64,000 nucleotides of DNA from the NCBI GenBank assembly GCA_946624325.1, contig CAMOSC010000001.1, positions 1,646 to 65,645 of the forward strand, given 5' to 3'. The translations under genes were made by a program, and so were the position numbers. The stretch comes from an uncultured Clostridia bacterium. GTDB taxonomy: Bacteria > Bacillota > Clostridia > Lachnospirales > Lachnospiraceae. The notes under the pieces were generated by a model that worked only from the letters and a program-made list of their open reading frames with translations, did no database searches and was not told the origin of the DNA. Positions 26,576 to 35,401 of the stretch are shown in pieces. Every line of letters begins with the position of its first letter. The first letter of the stretch is position 1.

Positions 26576-29500
26576 ATGAAAACAGAAGAATACGGAAAGC
26601 TCTATCCGAACAGCGAAACGCTTGATGGCAATCTCTTTGCAAATCCCACAAAAGAATACCGCGGTGCGCCTTTCTGGGCCTGGAACTGTGCCATGACCCG
26701 GGAAAACATCTCCCGCTGCGTCGATACCCTGCAGGAAATGGGTATGGGCGGCGGCCATCTCCATGTAAGGACCGGTATGTCCACGCCTTACCTGAGCCCG
26801 GAATTTATGGATCTCGTACGCTTTGCCAAGGACAAACTTCAGGAAAAGGACATGCTCACCTACCTGTACGATGAGGACCGCTGGCCCTCCGGTGCCGCAG
26901 GCGGCCTTGTCACGCGGGATCACGCCTACCGGATCCGTTTTCTGGTATTCAGCCCGCAGGAGCTGAAAAGCGCCGTTGAAGACAGCGCGGAAAAAACATC
27001 AACCGGAAAAGCAGTCCGCAGTGCGGAACGCAGGGAGCTTGGACGCTATGCCGTCCGGCTGGACAACGGAAAGCTTGCCGGCTACCGCATGATCCGTCCC
27101 GGCCGCGATGAACTCCAGGACGGGGAAAAAGCCTGGTACGCCTACCTTGAGATTTCGGGGGATAATCCCTGGTACAACAACCAGGCTTATCTGAATACCC
27201 TGGACAAAAAGGCCGTGGAGCGCTTTATCGAGGTGACCCACGAAGCCTACTTCCGTGAATTCGGTGAATTTTTCGGCAGGGAGATGCCTTCAATCTTTAC
27301 CGATGAGCCCCAGTGCTCCATGAAAGGAAATCTGAGGACCGCCCAGGATGAAACGGCCGTTACCCTGCCCTGGACAGACGACCTGGAGGAAACCTTCCAT
27401 GCCGCCTACAACCACAGCCTGATCAAGCATCTTCCGGAGCTCATCTGGGAGCTTCCGGACGGTAAAATATCCGTGCGCCGCTATGAATATCACGATCACC
27501 TTGCGGAGCGTTTCTGCGAAGCCTTTTCGGATACCGTGGGCAGCTGGTGCCGGGAGCACGGCATCCGCATGACGGGTCATGTCATGTGCGAACAGACCCT
27601 TCTCTCCCAGACCCAGGCCCTGAGCGAGGCCATGCGTTTCTACCGTTCCATGGATATTCCGGGCATTGACATGCTCTGCGATTTCCGGGAGCTCTCCACG
27701 GCCAAGCAGGCACAGAGCGCCGTCCATCAGTATGGCCGTGAGGGCATGATGAGCGAGCTCTACGGCGTAACCAACTGGGATTTCGATTTCCGCGGCCACA
27801 AGCTTCAGGGAGACTGGCAGGCAGCACTCGGCGTAACCCTCAGGGTTCCCCATCTTTTCTGGACCTCCATGGAAGGGGAGGCGAAACGGGATTATCCCGC
27901 CTCCATCGGCTTCCAGTCACCCTGGTACAGGCAATATGACGCCATGGAAACCTATTTCGCCAGGATCAACACCTGCCTGACCAGGGGTAAGGCCGTCGAG
28001 CGCATCGGCGTCATCCATCCGATCGAATCCTACTGGCTCTACTGGGGCTGCGAGGATCAGACCGGCAGTATCCGCTCCGAGATGGACCGCCAGTTCCTCG
28101 ACCTGTTCGATATCCTCCTCTACGGTCTTCAGGATTTCGACCTGATCGCGGAATCCCTGCTGCCGGAGCAGGCCCAGGGAAAAACCATCACAAGAAAATC
28201 CTTCCCGGTGGGAGAGATGTCCTACGAAGTCCTGGTGGTGCCCAACTGCGTCACGCTCCGCCGTACAACCATAGACCTCCTGGAGGCTTTCCGGGATGCC
28301 GGCGGCCGCATTATTTTTGCCGGAAAAACGCCGTCCCTTGAGTCGGCGCGTCCATCCGAGCGCGTAAAACGCCTGGTGGAACGCTGCGAGCAGGTTCCCT
28401 TCACGCGCGAGGCCCTTCTGGCCGCCCTGGAGCCCTGCCGTTTTATCGAAGTGAGAAACCAGTACGGTCTGAGAAGCGACAACCTCATCTATCAGCACCG
28501 GACCGAAGGAAAAACAGACTGGCTGTTCCTCGCCCACGTCAAGAAAATGCCGACGCCGGATCTTCCGAATAAGGAGATACTCACCATCACGCTCTCGGGC
28601 CGCTTCAGGGTGACCGAGTACCGCGCCACGGACGGAAAGCTGTACCCCGTCCTCTGTACGTATCAGGGAAACCGTACCATCCTGCGCGCAGAGCTTTACG
28701 AGCATGACAGCCTGCTGCTGAAGCTGGAAGCCCTGCGGCCGGAGACGGATGCCGCCGGCAAACGCGCAGACAGCCGTCCGGCAGAAAGCATGGAGAACCG
28801 CCTGTCGGAAGCAGTTGCGAGAAGCCAGGCCGTCCGGAGCAGAATGCAGCAGACGGATGTCCCGGGTACGGATGTACAGGGACCGGCCCTGTCCGTTGCA
28901 GGCGCCGGCGCCATACCGCCGGATATGACTGATGAGGGCATCCAGCTGACGGCAGTTCCCGTTCCCGTCACCCTGGAGGAGCCGAACGTCCTGCTGTTAG
29001 ACCAGGCGGAATACCGTTTCGACGAGGAGCCCTGGCAGCCCAGGGAAGAAATTCTCCGCATCGACAACCTCTTCCGCGAGAAGCTGGGAATGCCGCTGCG
29101 CATGGAAGCCTTTGCCCAGCCCTGGGTTACCGGGGATGCGGCATCCGCGGAGCCCATGCATACGCTCGCGCTCCGCATGACCATTCACAGCGAAACGGCC
29201 GTTGAAAACACCGTTCTGGCGCTGGAATGCGCGGACCGCTGCAAAGTTTTTCTGAACGGGAAGCCCGGCAGTCTTCTGGAGGGATTCTATGTGGATCCCG
29301 CCATTCAGAAGGTATCTCTCGGCACCATCCTTGCCGGTGATAATCTTCTGGAAGTGACCATCCCCTTTAATTCCGCGGCAAATCCGGAAGCCATGTATCT
29401 GCTGGGCGATTTCGGCGTCCGCGTTCAGGGCGCCTTTGCGAAGCTGATTCCTCCGGTGCGGGAGCTTGCCTTCGGGGATATCGCCGCACAGGGCCTGCCC

Positions 29501-29863
29501 TTCTACGGCGGCAACCTGACCTATCACACAAGCCTGAAGCTGGAGGAAGAACGGCACGTATGGCTGCGCATCAGCAAGTTCCGCGCTCCTCTGTTAGCGG
29601 TTTCCGCAGACGGGGAAAAGAAGGGAACGCTTGCCTTCTCGCCCTATATGGCGGATCTGGGAATCCTTGCCCCGGGTGAGCACCGCGTGGACATCACCAT
29701 GTACGGCAGCCGCGTCAACACCTTCGGTGCGGTTCATAACTGCGATGAAATCCAGACCTGGTTCGGACCGAATGTCTGGAGGACCAAAGGAGATTACTGG
29801 TCCTACGAATACCAGCTGTGGCGCGTCGGCGTACTGAAATCCCCGGTCATTGTACTGCGCTGA
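26576..29863 (+). CDS. Large glycoside hydrolase, GH106 (alpha-L-rhamnosidase)-like
   Basis: APFWAWN, GMGG..H.R.G, YDEDRWPSGAAGG, SIFTDEP, PGIDML, MMSELYG, KRDYPASI; C-terminal GLPFYGG jelly-roll. Confidence 0.75.
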   Translation: MKTEEYGKLYPNSETLDGNLFANPTKEYRGAPFWAWNCAMTRENISRCVDTLQEMGMGGGHLHVRTGMSTPYLSPEFMDLVRFAKDKLQEKDMLTYLYDEDRWPSGAAGGLVTRDHAYRIRFLVFSPQELKSAVEDSAEKTSTGKAVRSAERRELGRYAVRLDNGKLAGYRMIRPGRDELQDGEKAWYAYLEISGDNPWYNNQAYLNTLDKKAVERFIEVTHEAYFREFGEFFGREMPSIFTDEPQCSMKGNLRTAQDETAVTLPWTDDLEETFHAAYNHSLIKHLPELIWELPDGKISVRRYEYHDHLAERFCEAFSDTVGSWCREHGIRMTGHVMCEQTLLSQTQALSEAMRFYRSMDIPGIDMLCDFRELSTAKQAQSAVHQYGREGMMSELYGVTNWDFDFRGHKLQGDWQAALGVTLRVPHLFWTSMEGEAKRDYPASIGFQSPWYRQYDAMETYFARINTCLTRGKAVERIGVIHPIESYWLYWGCEDQTGSIRSEMDRQFLDLFDILLYGLQDFDLIAESLLPEQAQGKTITRKSFPVGEMSYEVLVVPNCVTLRRTTIDLLEAFRDAGGRIIFAGKTPSLESARPSERVKRLVERCEQVPFTREALLAALEPCRFIEVRNQYGLRSDNLIYQHRTEGKTDWLFLAHVKKMPTPDLPNKEILTITLSGRFRVTEYRATDGKLYPVLCTYQGNRTILRAELYEHDSLLLKLEALRPETDAAGKRADSRPAESMENRLSEAVARSQAVRSRMQQTDVPGTDVQGPALSVAGAGAIPPDMTDEGIQLTAVPVPVTLEEPNVLLLDQAEYRFDEEPWQPREEILRIDNLFREKLGMPLRMEAFAQPWVTGDAASAEPMHTLALRMTIHSETAVENTVLALECADRCKVFLNGKPGSLLEGFYVDPAIQKVSLGTILAGDNLLEVTIPFNSAANPEAMYLLGDFGVRVQGAFAKLIPPVRELAFGDIAAQGLPFYGGNLTYHTSLKLEEERHVWLRISKFRAPLLAVSADGEKKGTLAFSPYMADLGILAPGEHRVDITMYGSRVNTFGAVHNCDEIQTWFGPNVWRTKGDYWSYEYQLWRVGVLKSPVIVLR

Positions 29864-29872
29864 TAAGCCCCG

Positions 29873-29915
29873 AAACAGCAGTGTTTCCATGTATCACCGG
29901 AGACACTGCTGTTTT
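29873..29915 (+). terminator. Intrinsic terminator
   Basis: AAACAGCAGTGTTTC...GAGACACTGCTGTTTT. Confidence 0.6.
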
Positions 29916-30042
29916 GACGTTTCCGGAATCCGTTTCTGCACAATTACCAGTAACTATCGCAAACGACAAAGTTCTCTTTACTTTATCGTCTGCCGTGCCG
30001 GATTTGCGCCGCCCTAAGGCGGCATATTTCCCTGGCAAATCC

Positions 30043-30164
30043 GTCTGCCTGTGCCCGAGAGGGTATGCCCGAAGGGATATGTCCGAGGGGGTATGCCCGA
30101 GGGGGTATTATGCGCATCCGCCGGGGCTTACAGTGTCCGTCAGGTTTTTCTGACGTCCACTATA
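30043..30164 (-). repeat. Repeat family D copy with four tandem 14-bp hairpin units
   Basis: TGCCCGAGAGGGTA/TGCCCGAAGGGATA/TGTCCGAGGGGGTA/TGCCCGAGGGGGTA, then ...CTTACAGTGTCCGTCAGGTTTTTCTGACGTCCACTATA. Confidence 0.85.
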
Positions 30165-30289
30165 AAATGCTGACTGCGGCGACTGACGACAACTCAGCAG
30201 CCGAAAAATCAGGCGAGGATTGAACCAGTTACTTAGGAAACGGTGTGCTAGTAACGAATTTGCCATACGCAACACAAGGAGGTACCGCC

Positions 30290-32341
30290 ATGCGACAGAT
30301 CCCAATAAACTCCATACCGTTAACGGCAGGCTGCAGCAGACTCGCGACGGTTCCTGAACAGGTAAAAGCCTGCGCAGGAAGCGATACCCTGGCAGCCTCA
30401 TTCCTGCTCTCCCATGAAGGAGCCGGCTTCGACCTGACCTTTCTTAAGGATATTCCCGAGCGCTACGTGCTTCTGACGCTCTGCGCCGATACGGAGAATT
30501 CCCTGGCTTTCCAGCTGCAGGCTTACAGCACCCTGGAGCCCGGCGACTATGTATTTGACATGCAGACCGGCGTACTCCCGGGGATTCCCACCCAGATTGT
30601 CATCGATCTGGAATGGCTCAAGGCCAAGGAGCTCTTCCCGGAGCGTGCACCGGGACAGTTAAAGATCACCTGCCACGGAAGACGCGTCAACCGGGAGGAA
30701 ATCGACAGGCTGCTCCTCGTCACACTGCCCCGCTATGAGGACGTCGCCGTTTCCGTTTCCGATCTGACGCTCACGGACGATTATCCCGAAAGCTTCCCGG
30801 TAGCGCCCGAGAAATTCGTGGATGAGCTGGGACAGTATAAAAAGAAGAGCTGGAAAGGAAAATTTGCCTCTGGGGAAGAGATGGTACAGGCGCTTCGCTC
30901 GGCGGCCGGAGAGCTTTCCGGGGATTACGCGCAAAAGGATTTTACATCCTGGGGCGGATGGCAGAAGCAGAAGCTCCTGCCTGGCAGCGGGTTCTTTTCA
31001 AAAACCAAAAAGGACGGCAGATGGTATCTCACGGATCCCGAAGGCTATGCCTTTTTCAGCATGGGTCCCGACTGCGTGGTCATCCGCAGCGACTGCCGCA
31101 TTGACGATATCGAGACCTGGATGGACTGGCTTCCCTCCGAAAATGACCCCCTGTACGGCTCCCTTTACCAGGGACACCCCTACAGGACCGGGACAGACAG
31201 CCGCGGACGGAACTGCCGCATGTTCTCCTTTGAACAGGCCAATCTGATCCGGGCCTTCGGCGACGGCTGGTACGATGCGTGGAAGAAAATGATTGCCTCC
31301 CAGTTAAAGAGCGCCGGCATGAATACCATCGCCAACTGGTCCGATCCTGCGCTTTTCGGGACCTCCGGCATTCCCTATGTCACTTCCCTTCCGGAGTTTC
31401 CGGATACCGGAATCCATATTTTCCGGGATTTCCCGGATGTCCTGAGCCCGGAATACCGCGAGAGCGCAGAGCGCTGCGCGCAGGGGCTGATTCCCCGGAA
31501 GGATGACCCCTGGATGATCGGCTATTTCCTGCGCAATGAACCCGCCTGGGCCTTTGTGGACAACCTGGTGGTGGCGGATGAGGTGCTCTTCTGTCCGGAG
31601 CGCAGCTGCTGCAAGGAGGTGCTCATTGAACGGATCCGCAGCACCTACGGCAGCGTGGAAACGCTGAATAAAGCCTGGAAGCTCACGCTTACCTCCTTCG
31701 ATGATCTCTATGAGCCCCACGAGAGCCTTTCAAGGAACAGCCCCGAAGCGGATGCCTTTCTGCGCGCCTTCTCCGCGGAGCTGATCCGGGAGTATGTAAG
31801 CGTTCCGGCGAACGCCTGCCGTAAGGCTGACCCGAACCACATGATCCTCGGCATGCGCTGGGCCTGGATTTCCGATCCTGCGATCGTCTCCGGCTGGGAG
31901 AATTTCGACGTATTCTCCATCAACTGCTATGCCTTCGACCCCACACCCGCCATCGACAACGTGGTCCGGCTCGGCGTGGACCTGCCGGTGATGATCGGCG
32001 AATTCCATTTCGGTGCGCTGGATGCGGGACCCGTTTCCACGGGCTTAAAGGGCGTGAAAACCCAGAAAGACCGCGCCAATGCCATCCGGAATTATATCGA
32101 AGCCACGGCTGCGCACCCTTACGGCGTCGGCTGTCACTATTTCCAGTGCTACGACCAGTTTGCCCTGGGCCGTTTTGACGGTGAAAACTACAACATCGGC
32201 TTGTTTGACATCTGCTTACAGCCCTATTCGGATATTATGGACGGTATCAGGAAGACTATGAAGGATGCCTGCGCCGTTACGGCCGGATTGAAGGAAGCGT
32301 GCAATTATCCTCTTGAAAAAGCTCCCGTAATCGCCTTTTGA
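30290..32341 (+). CDS. GH50 (beta-agarase-like) glycoside hydrolase
   Basis: WYLTDPEGYAFFS.G, GMNTIANWSD, IGYFLRNEP, FSINCY, IGEFHFGALD, HYFQ.YDQ, GRFDGENYNIG; RBS GGAGG. Confidence 0.8.
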   Translation: MRQIPINSIPLTAGCSRLATVPEQVKACAGSDTLAASFLLSHEGAGFDLTFLKDIPERYVLLTLCADTENSLAFQLQAYSTLEPGDYVFDMQTGVLPGIPTQIVIDLEWLKAKELFPERAPGQLKITCHGRRVNREEIDRLLLVTLPRYEDVAVSVSDLTLTDDYPESFPVAPEKFVDELGQYKKKSWKGKFASGEEMVQALRSAAGELSGDYAQKDFTSWGGWQKQKLLPGSGFFSKTKKDGRWYLTDPEGYAFFSMGPDCVVIRSDCRIDDIETWMDWLPSENDPLYGSLYQGHPYRTGTDSRGRNCRMFSFEQANLIRAFGDGWYDAWKKMIASQLKSAGMNTIANWSDPALFGTSGIPYVTSLPEFPDTGIHIFRDFPDVLSPEYRESAERCAQGLIPRKDDPWMIGYFLRNEPAWAFVDNLVVADEVLFCPERSCCKEVLIERIRSTYGSVETLNKAWKLTLTSFDDLYEPHESLSRNSPEADAFLRAFSAELIREYVSVPANACRKADPNHMILGMRWAWISDPAIVSGWENFDVFSINCYAFDPTPAIDNVVRLGVDLPVMIGEFHFGALDAGPVSTGLKGVKTQKDRANAIRNYIEATAAHPYGVGCHYFQCYDQFALGRFDGENYNIGLFDICLQPYSDIMDGIRKTMKDACAVTAGLKEACNYPLEKAPVIAF

Positions 32342-32402
32342 TCAGGATGTTACGCAATGTCATTAAGATTGTGGCATATGATCGACAGCATCGGAAAAAC
32401 AT

Positions 32403-32636
32403 ATGACAAACAAAGCGTTAAGCGCAAGTGAAATAGTCCTCATGAAAGTCATCTGGGATCATGAAGCCGACATCTCAATGCCGGAACTGCTGAACATCCT
32501 GAAGGAAGATTATGGGAAGGATTACGCCCGGATGGGAGTCGTTACATTCCTTATGAGCATGGCCAACAAAGGATATATGGAGACCTACCGGAACCGAGGG
32601 GGTATGCGCATCCGCCGGGGCTTACAGTTTTTCTGA
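32403..32636 (+). pseudogene. Truncated BlaI/MecI/CopY-family repressor
   Basis: LSASE..LMKVIW...Y....V.TFL..M..KGY; similarity ends at ~32593 where repeat D begins; dimerisation domain absent. Confidence 0.75.
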
Positions 32637-32647
32637 CGTTCACTATA
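32594..32647 (-). repeat. Repeat family D fragment
   Basis: CCGAGGGGGTATGCGCATCCGCCGGGGCTTACAG-TTTTTCTGACGTTCACTATA. Confidence 0.85.
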
Positions 32648-32710
32648 AATCAGGGGGACAGGTTCTCTGGCTCATCAGTTCCGATGACTCAAAGAACCGT
32701 CCCCCTGATT
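32648..32710. repeat. REP-like long palindrome (GGGGAC.GGTTC...GAACCGTCCCC type)
   Basis: AATCAGGGGGACAGGTTCT...AGAACCGTCCCCCTGATT. Confidence 0.65.
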
Positions 32711-32772
32711 ATAAAAGGATTCGGTGAGAACGCCGCAGCCGTACAGCTCTGCGGTGGTGCGGGGCAGGCCGG

Positions 32773-35007
32773 TTACTCCACGGGTGCACCGCAGTTCGGG
32801 CAGAATTTATAGCTGCTGCCCTCCGGGAACTCCTCCCCGCAGGCGCTGCAGGCATTCTCGGGGCGCTTTGCGCCGCACTCCGGACAGAAGTTCAGGGTGT
32901 TGCCGGCATGTCCGTTCGGACATGTCCAGGTTCCGGCCGCCTCAGCTCCGGGCTTTTCTTCGGCCTCGCGCGTGAAAGGTTCCACGGCTGCCTCCGTCTG
33001 CGGCTCCGCTGCCGGTTCTGCGGCGGTATAGCGGATTCCCTTCTCTCCCGCATATGCTTCAATACTGCCCCCCGGCAGACTCGCAATTCCAAACCCGGAC
33101 GCCGTGCATCCGTCAAATACCCGCCCGCCGAATTCCGCATCTGCTCCCTCAAAGATCACCTCTTCAAGATTCTGGCAGCTGCAGAAAGCGGCTTCGCCGA
33201 TCTCTTTCACGGAAGCGGGAATCGTAACGGAAGTAATATAGGCGTAAGCAAATCCGGCCTTTCCGTACTCCTCCTGGCTGGCGGTCTCGAACAGATACGC
33301 CGGGATGAAGCCCACCGTTTCCCCGAAGCTCACCTTTGTGCCGCCCGAAAGGGCAGAACCGATGCCGGAGAAGACGCCGGCGCCTTTACTGCCGTCATAA
33401 ATCCAGACCTCGGGAGCCGTCAGGTTTTCACAGTTGATGGTGATTTCAGCCAGCTTGATGCAGTCCGCAAAAGCCTCCGCACCGATATTCGTAAGGCTTT
33501 CCGGAAGAACGAGGGACTTAAGCCCCGTGCAGCTGTCGAAAGCATCGTTCTTCAGGGTTGTCAGCGGTACGGTCAGCTCCAGCTCCTCCAGGGAGATGCA
33601 GTCTGCAAAGGCAAACGCACCGATGCTGTCCATGCTCGCGCCCCAGGAAATCTCCTCCAGCGCGTCATCTGCCTGGAACGCATAATCCCCTATTGACGCC
33701 AGCTTATCCGGAAATGCCACCGCAGGCAAAGCTCTGCAGAGCTGGAAGGCATTCCCTTCTATGGCGGTCAGCCCCGCTCCGAAGGTCACTTCCTCCAGCA
33801 CCTGACAGCCGCGGAACGCGCAGCTTCCGATCTCCTTCACGGAATCGGAGAACATCACGGAAGTAACATAGGCATAAGGAAATCCGCTTATACCATATTC
33901 ACCACTGATGCTGGCTGTATCAAAGAGATGATCCGCTACCCTGACAACCTTCGGCCCGAAGGCCACAGACAGTCCCCCGGGGGAGGAAGAACCTGCACCG
34001 GAGAACACACCGGCTCCCTTGCTGTCGTCATAAATCCAGATATCCGGTACTGTGAGCTTTTCACTGTTAATCGTGATGCTGTTCAGCTTCACGCATCCGC
34101 AGAACGCCTGCGCCTGAATGCCCGTCAGGCCTTCCGGCAGCGTCAGCGCGGTCAGGCCGATGCAGCCGTTGAATGCATTTCGCTCAATCATATTCAGCGG
34201 AACCGGCAGATCCAGGGTTTCTATCGAGCTGCAATTGGCAAAGGCAGAAGCGCCGATGGTATCAAGCCCGCCGCCCCAGCTGATATCATGCAGCGCCGTG
34301 CAGCTCTCAAATGCATACGGGTCAATATAGGCGAGATCCCCGCCAAGGCTTAAGGAGATCAGCCCCGTGCAGCCCTGGAAGGCATTGCTTCCGATGCGCT
34401 TTACATCATCTCCCAGGGAAACCGCCTCCAGCAGCTGGCAGCTTCTGAAGGCATTTGCCCCGATCTCCTTCAGGGTCTCCGGAAATTCCACGGCCGTAAC
34501 ATACGCGAAGGGGAATCCGCTTAGGCCGTATTCCGCGGTGCTGGCAGTATTAAAGAGGTTGTCAGGAATCTTTGTCACCTTCGGTCCGAACACAACCGTC
34601 AGGCCGTCCGCAGATGACGATCCCGCTCCGGAAAACACGCCCGCTCCTTTGCTGCCGTCATAAACCCATACATCGGGGACCGTGCAGTTTTTCGCATTGA
34701 ATACAATGCGGGACAGGCCCGTGCAGCCCCTGAAGGCTTCCCCGCCGATGGAGGAAATACCCTCCGGAATCGTCAGGCTCCTCATGGTATAGTTGTCCGC
34801 CAGGGCTTTGCCCGCAATGGTGGTAACCAGGTAGCCGCCGATCTCATCCGGAATCACCACATCCGTTTCCTGCCCGGTGTAAGCGGTAATCTTCAGGCCT
34901 CCGGACGTCATCTCATAGGTCCAGTATCCATCCTGGTCGGCATAGGCAGTAATGCCTGCACACAAAATCAGGAACAGAAATAGTGGCAGTAATTTTCGGA
35001 ATTTCAT
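32773..35007 (-). CDS. Secreted BspA-type leucine-rich repeat protein with C-terminal zinc-ribbon motifs
   Basis: Signal peptide; repeated I...AF..C..L..I.LP; C-terminal CPNGH, CPECG, CSACG, CPNCG. Confidence 0.88.
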   Translation of the reverse strand: MKFRKLLPLFLFLILCAGITAYADQDGYWTYEMTSGGLKITAYTGQETDVVIPDEIGGYLVTTIAGKALADNYTMRSLTIPEGISSIGGEAFRGCTGLSRIVFNAKNCTVPDVWVYDGSKGAGVFSGAGSSSADGLTVVFGPKVTKIPDNLFNTASTAEYGLSGFPFAYVTAVEFPETLKEIGANAFRSCQLLEAVSLGDDVKRIGSNAFQGCTGLISLSLGGDLAYIDPYAFESCTALHDISWGGGLDTIGASAFANCSSIETLDLPVPLNMIERNAFNGCIGLTALTLPEGLTGIQAQAFCGCVKLNSITINSEKLTVPDIWIYDDSKGAGVFSGAGSSSPGGLSVAFGPKVVRVADHLFDTASISGEYGISGFPYAYVTSVMFSDSVKEIGSCAFRGCQVLEEVTFGAGLTAIEGNAFQLCRALPAVAFPDKLASIGDYAFQADDALEEISWGASMDSIGAFAFADCISLEELELTVPLTTLKNDAFDSCTGLKSLVLPESLTNIGAEAFADCIKLAEITINCENLTAPEVWIYDGSKGAGVFSGIGSALSGGTKVSFGETVGFIPAYLFETASQEEYGKAGFAYAYITSVTIPASVKEIGEAAFCSCQNLEEVIFEGADAEFGGRVFDGCTASGFGIASLPGGSIEAYAGEKGIRYTAAEPAAEPQTEAAVEPFTREAEEKPGAEAAGTWTCPNGHAGNTLNFCPECGAKRPENACSACGEEFPEGSSYKFCPNCGAPVE

Positions 35008-35023
35008 GATGCTTCCTCCTTTA

Positions 35024-35054
35024 GGAACTGTTCAAGTTCTTCTGTAACAGTTCC
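35024..35054. repeat. Minimal 31-bp derivative of MITE family C
   Basis: TTA|GGAACTGTT-13 nt-AACAGTTCC|TTA. Confidence 0.65.
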
Positions 35055-35086
35055 TTACTGTACATTCGCCGATGCTTCCGATATTT

Positions 35087-35240
35087 GTAACCGTTCAGAG
35101 CCAGGCGCAATTCTGAGAGATAACATTGATTCAGCAGGCTGAAATCCATGTTTCCTCTTGAGATTGTCATCTGGCGGGCACACCGCAGTTCCGGAAATGA
35201 CGCTTTTTGCCATTTCTGAAGTCTGGCTCAGAACAGTAAC
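35087..35240 (+). mobile_element. MITE-like repeat family A, full copy with perfect 8-bp TSD
   Basis: CGATATTT|GTAACCGTTCAGAGCCAG...CTGGCTCAGAACAGTAAC|CGATATTT. Confidence 0.9.
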
Positions 35241-35317
35241 CGATATTTTCAGTATAACACCTGATTTTACCACTGTAAAGCATAATCAAGGCCGGTTAAA
35301 GCCCCTTTTCTGTCGTC

Positions 35318-35400
35318 AACCATGAATAACAGAGCCTTTGCCTGCCGGATTTAAATGCCTTCGCCGCCAACCATGAATAACAGAGCCTTTGCCTGCCGGG
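35318..35400. repeat. Direct duplication of 32 bp
   Basis: CAACCATGAATAACAGAGCCTTTGCCTGCCGG occurs twice about 50 bp apart. Confidence 0.8.
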
Positions 35401-35401
35401 T

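Noticed and set aside
26230-26625. Short ORFs sharing motifs such as EHATTPEMAAF (also 11594, 17214, 35055, 61958)
   Set aside because: Translations of the family A repeat, not a protein family
35318-35400. Possible mini CRISPR array
   Set aside because: Only two repeats with a gap of about 18 bp and no cas genes; a simple duplication
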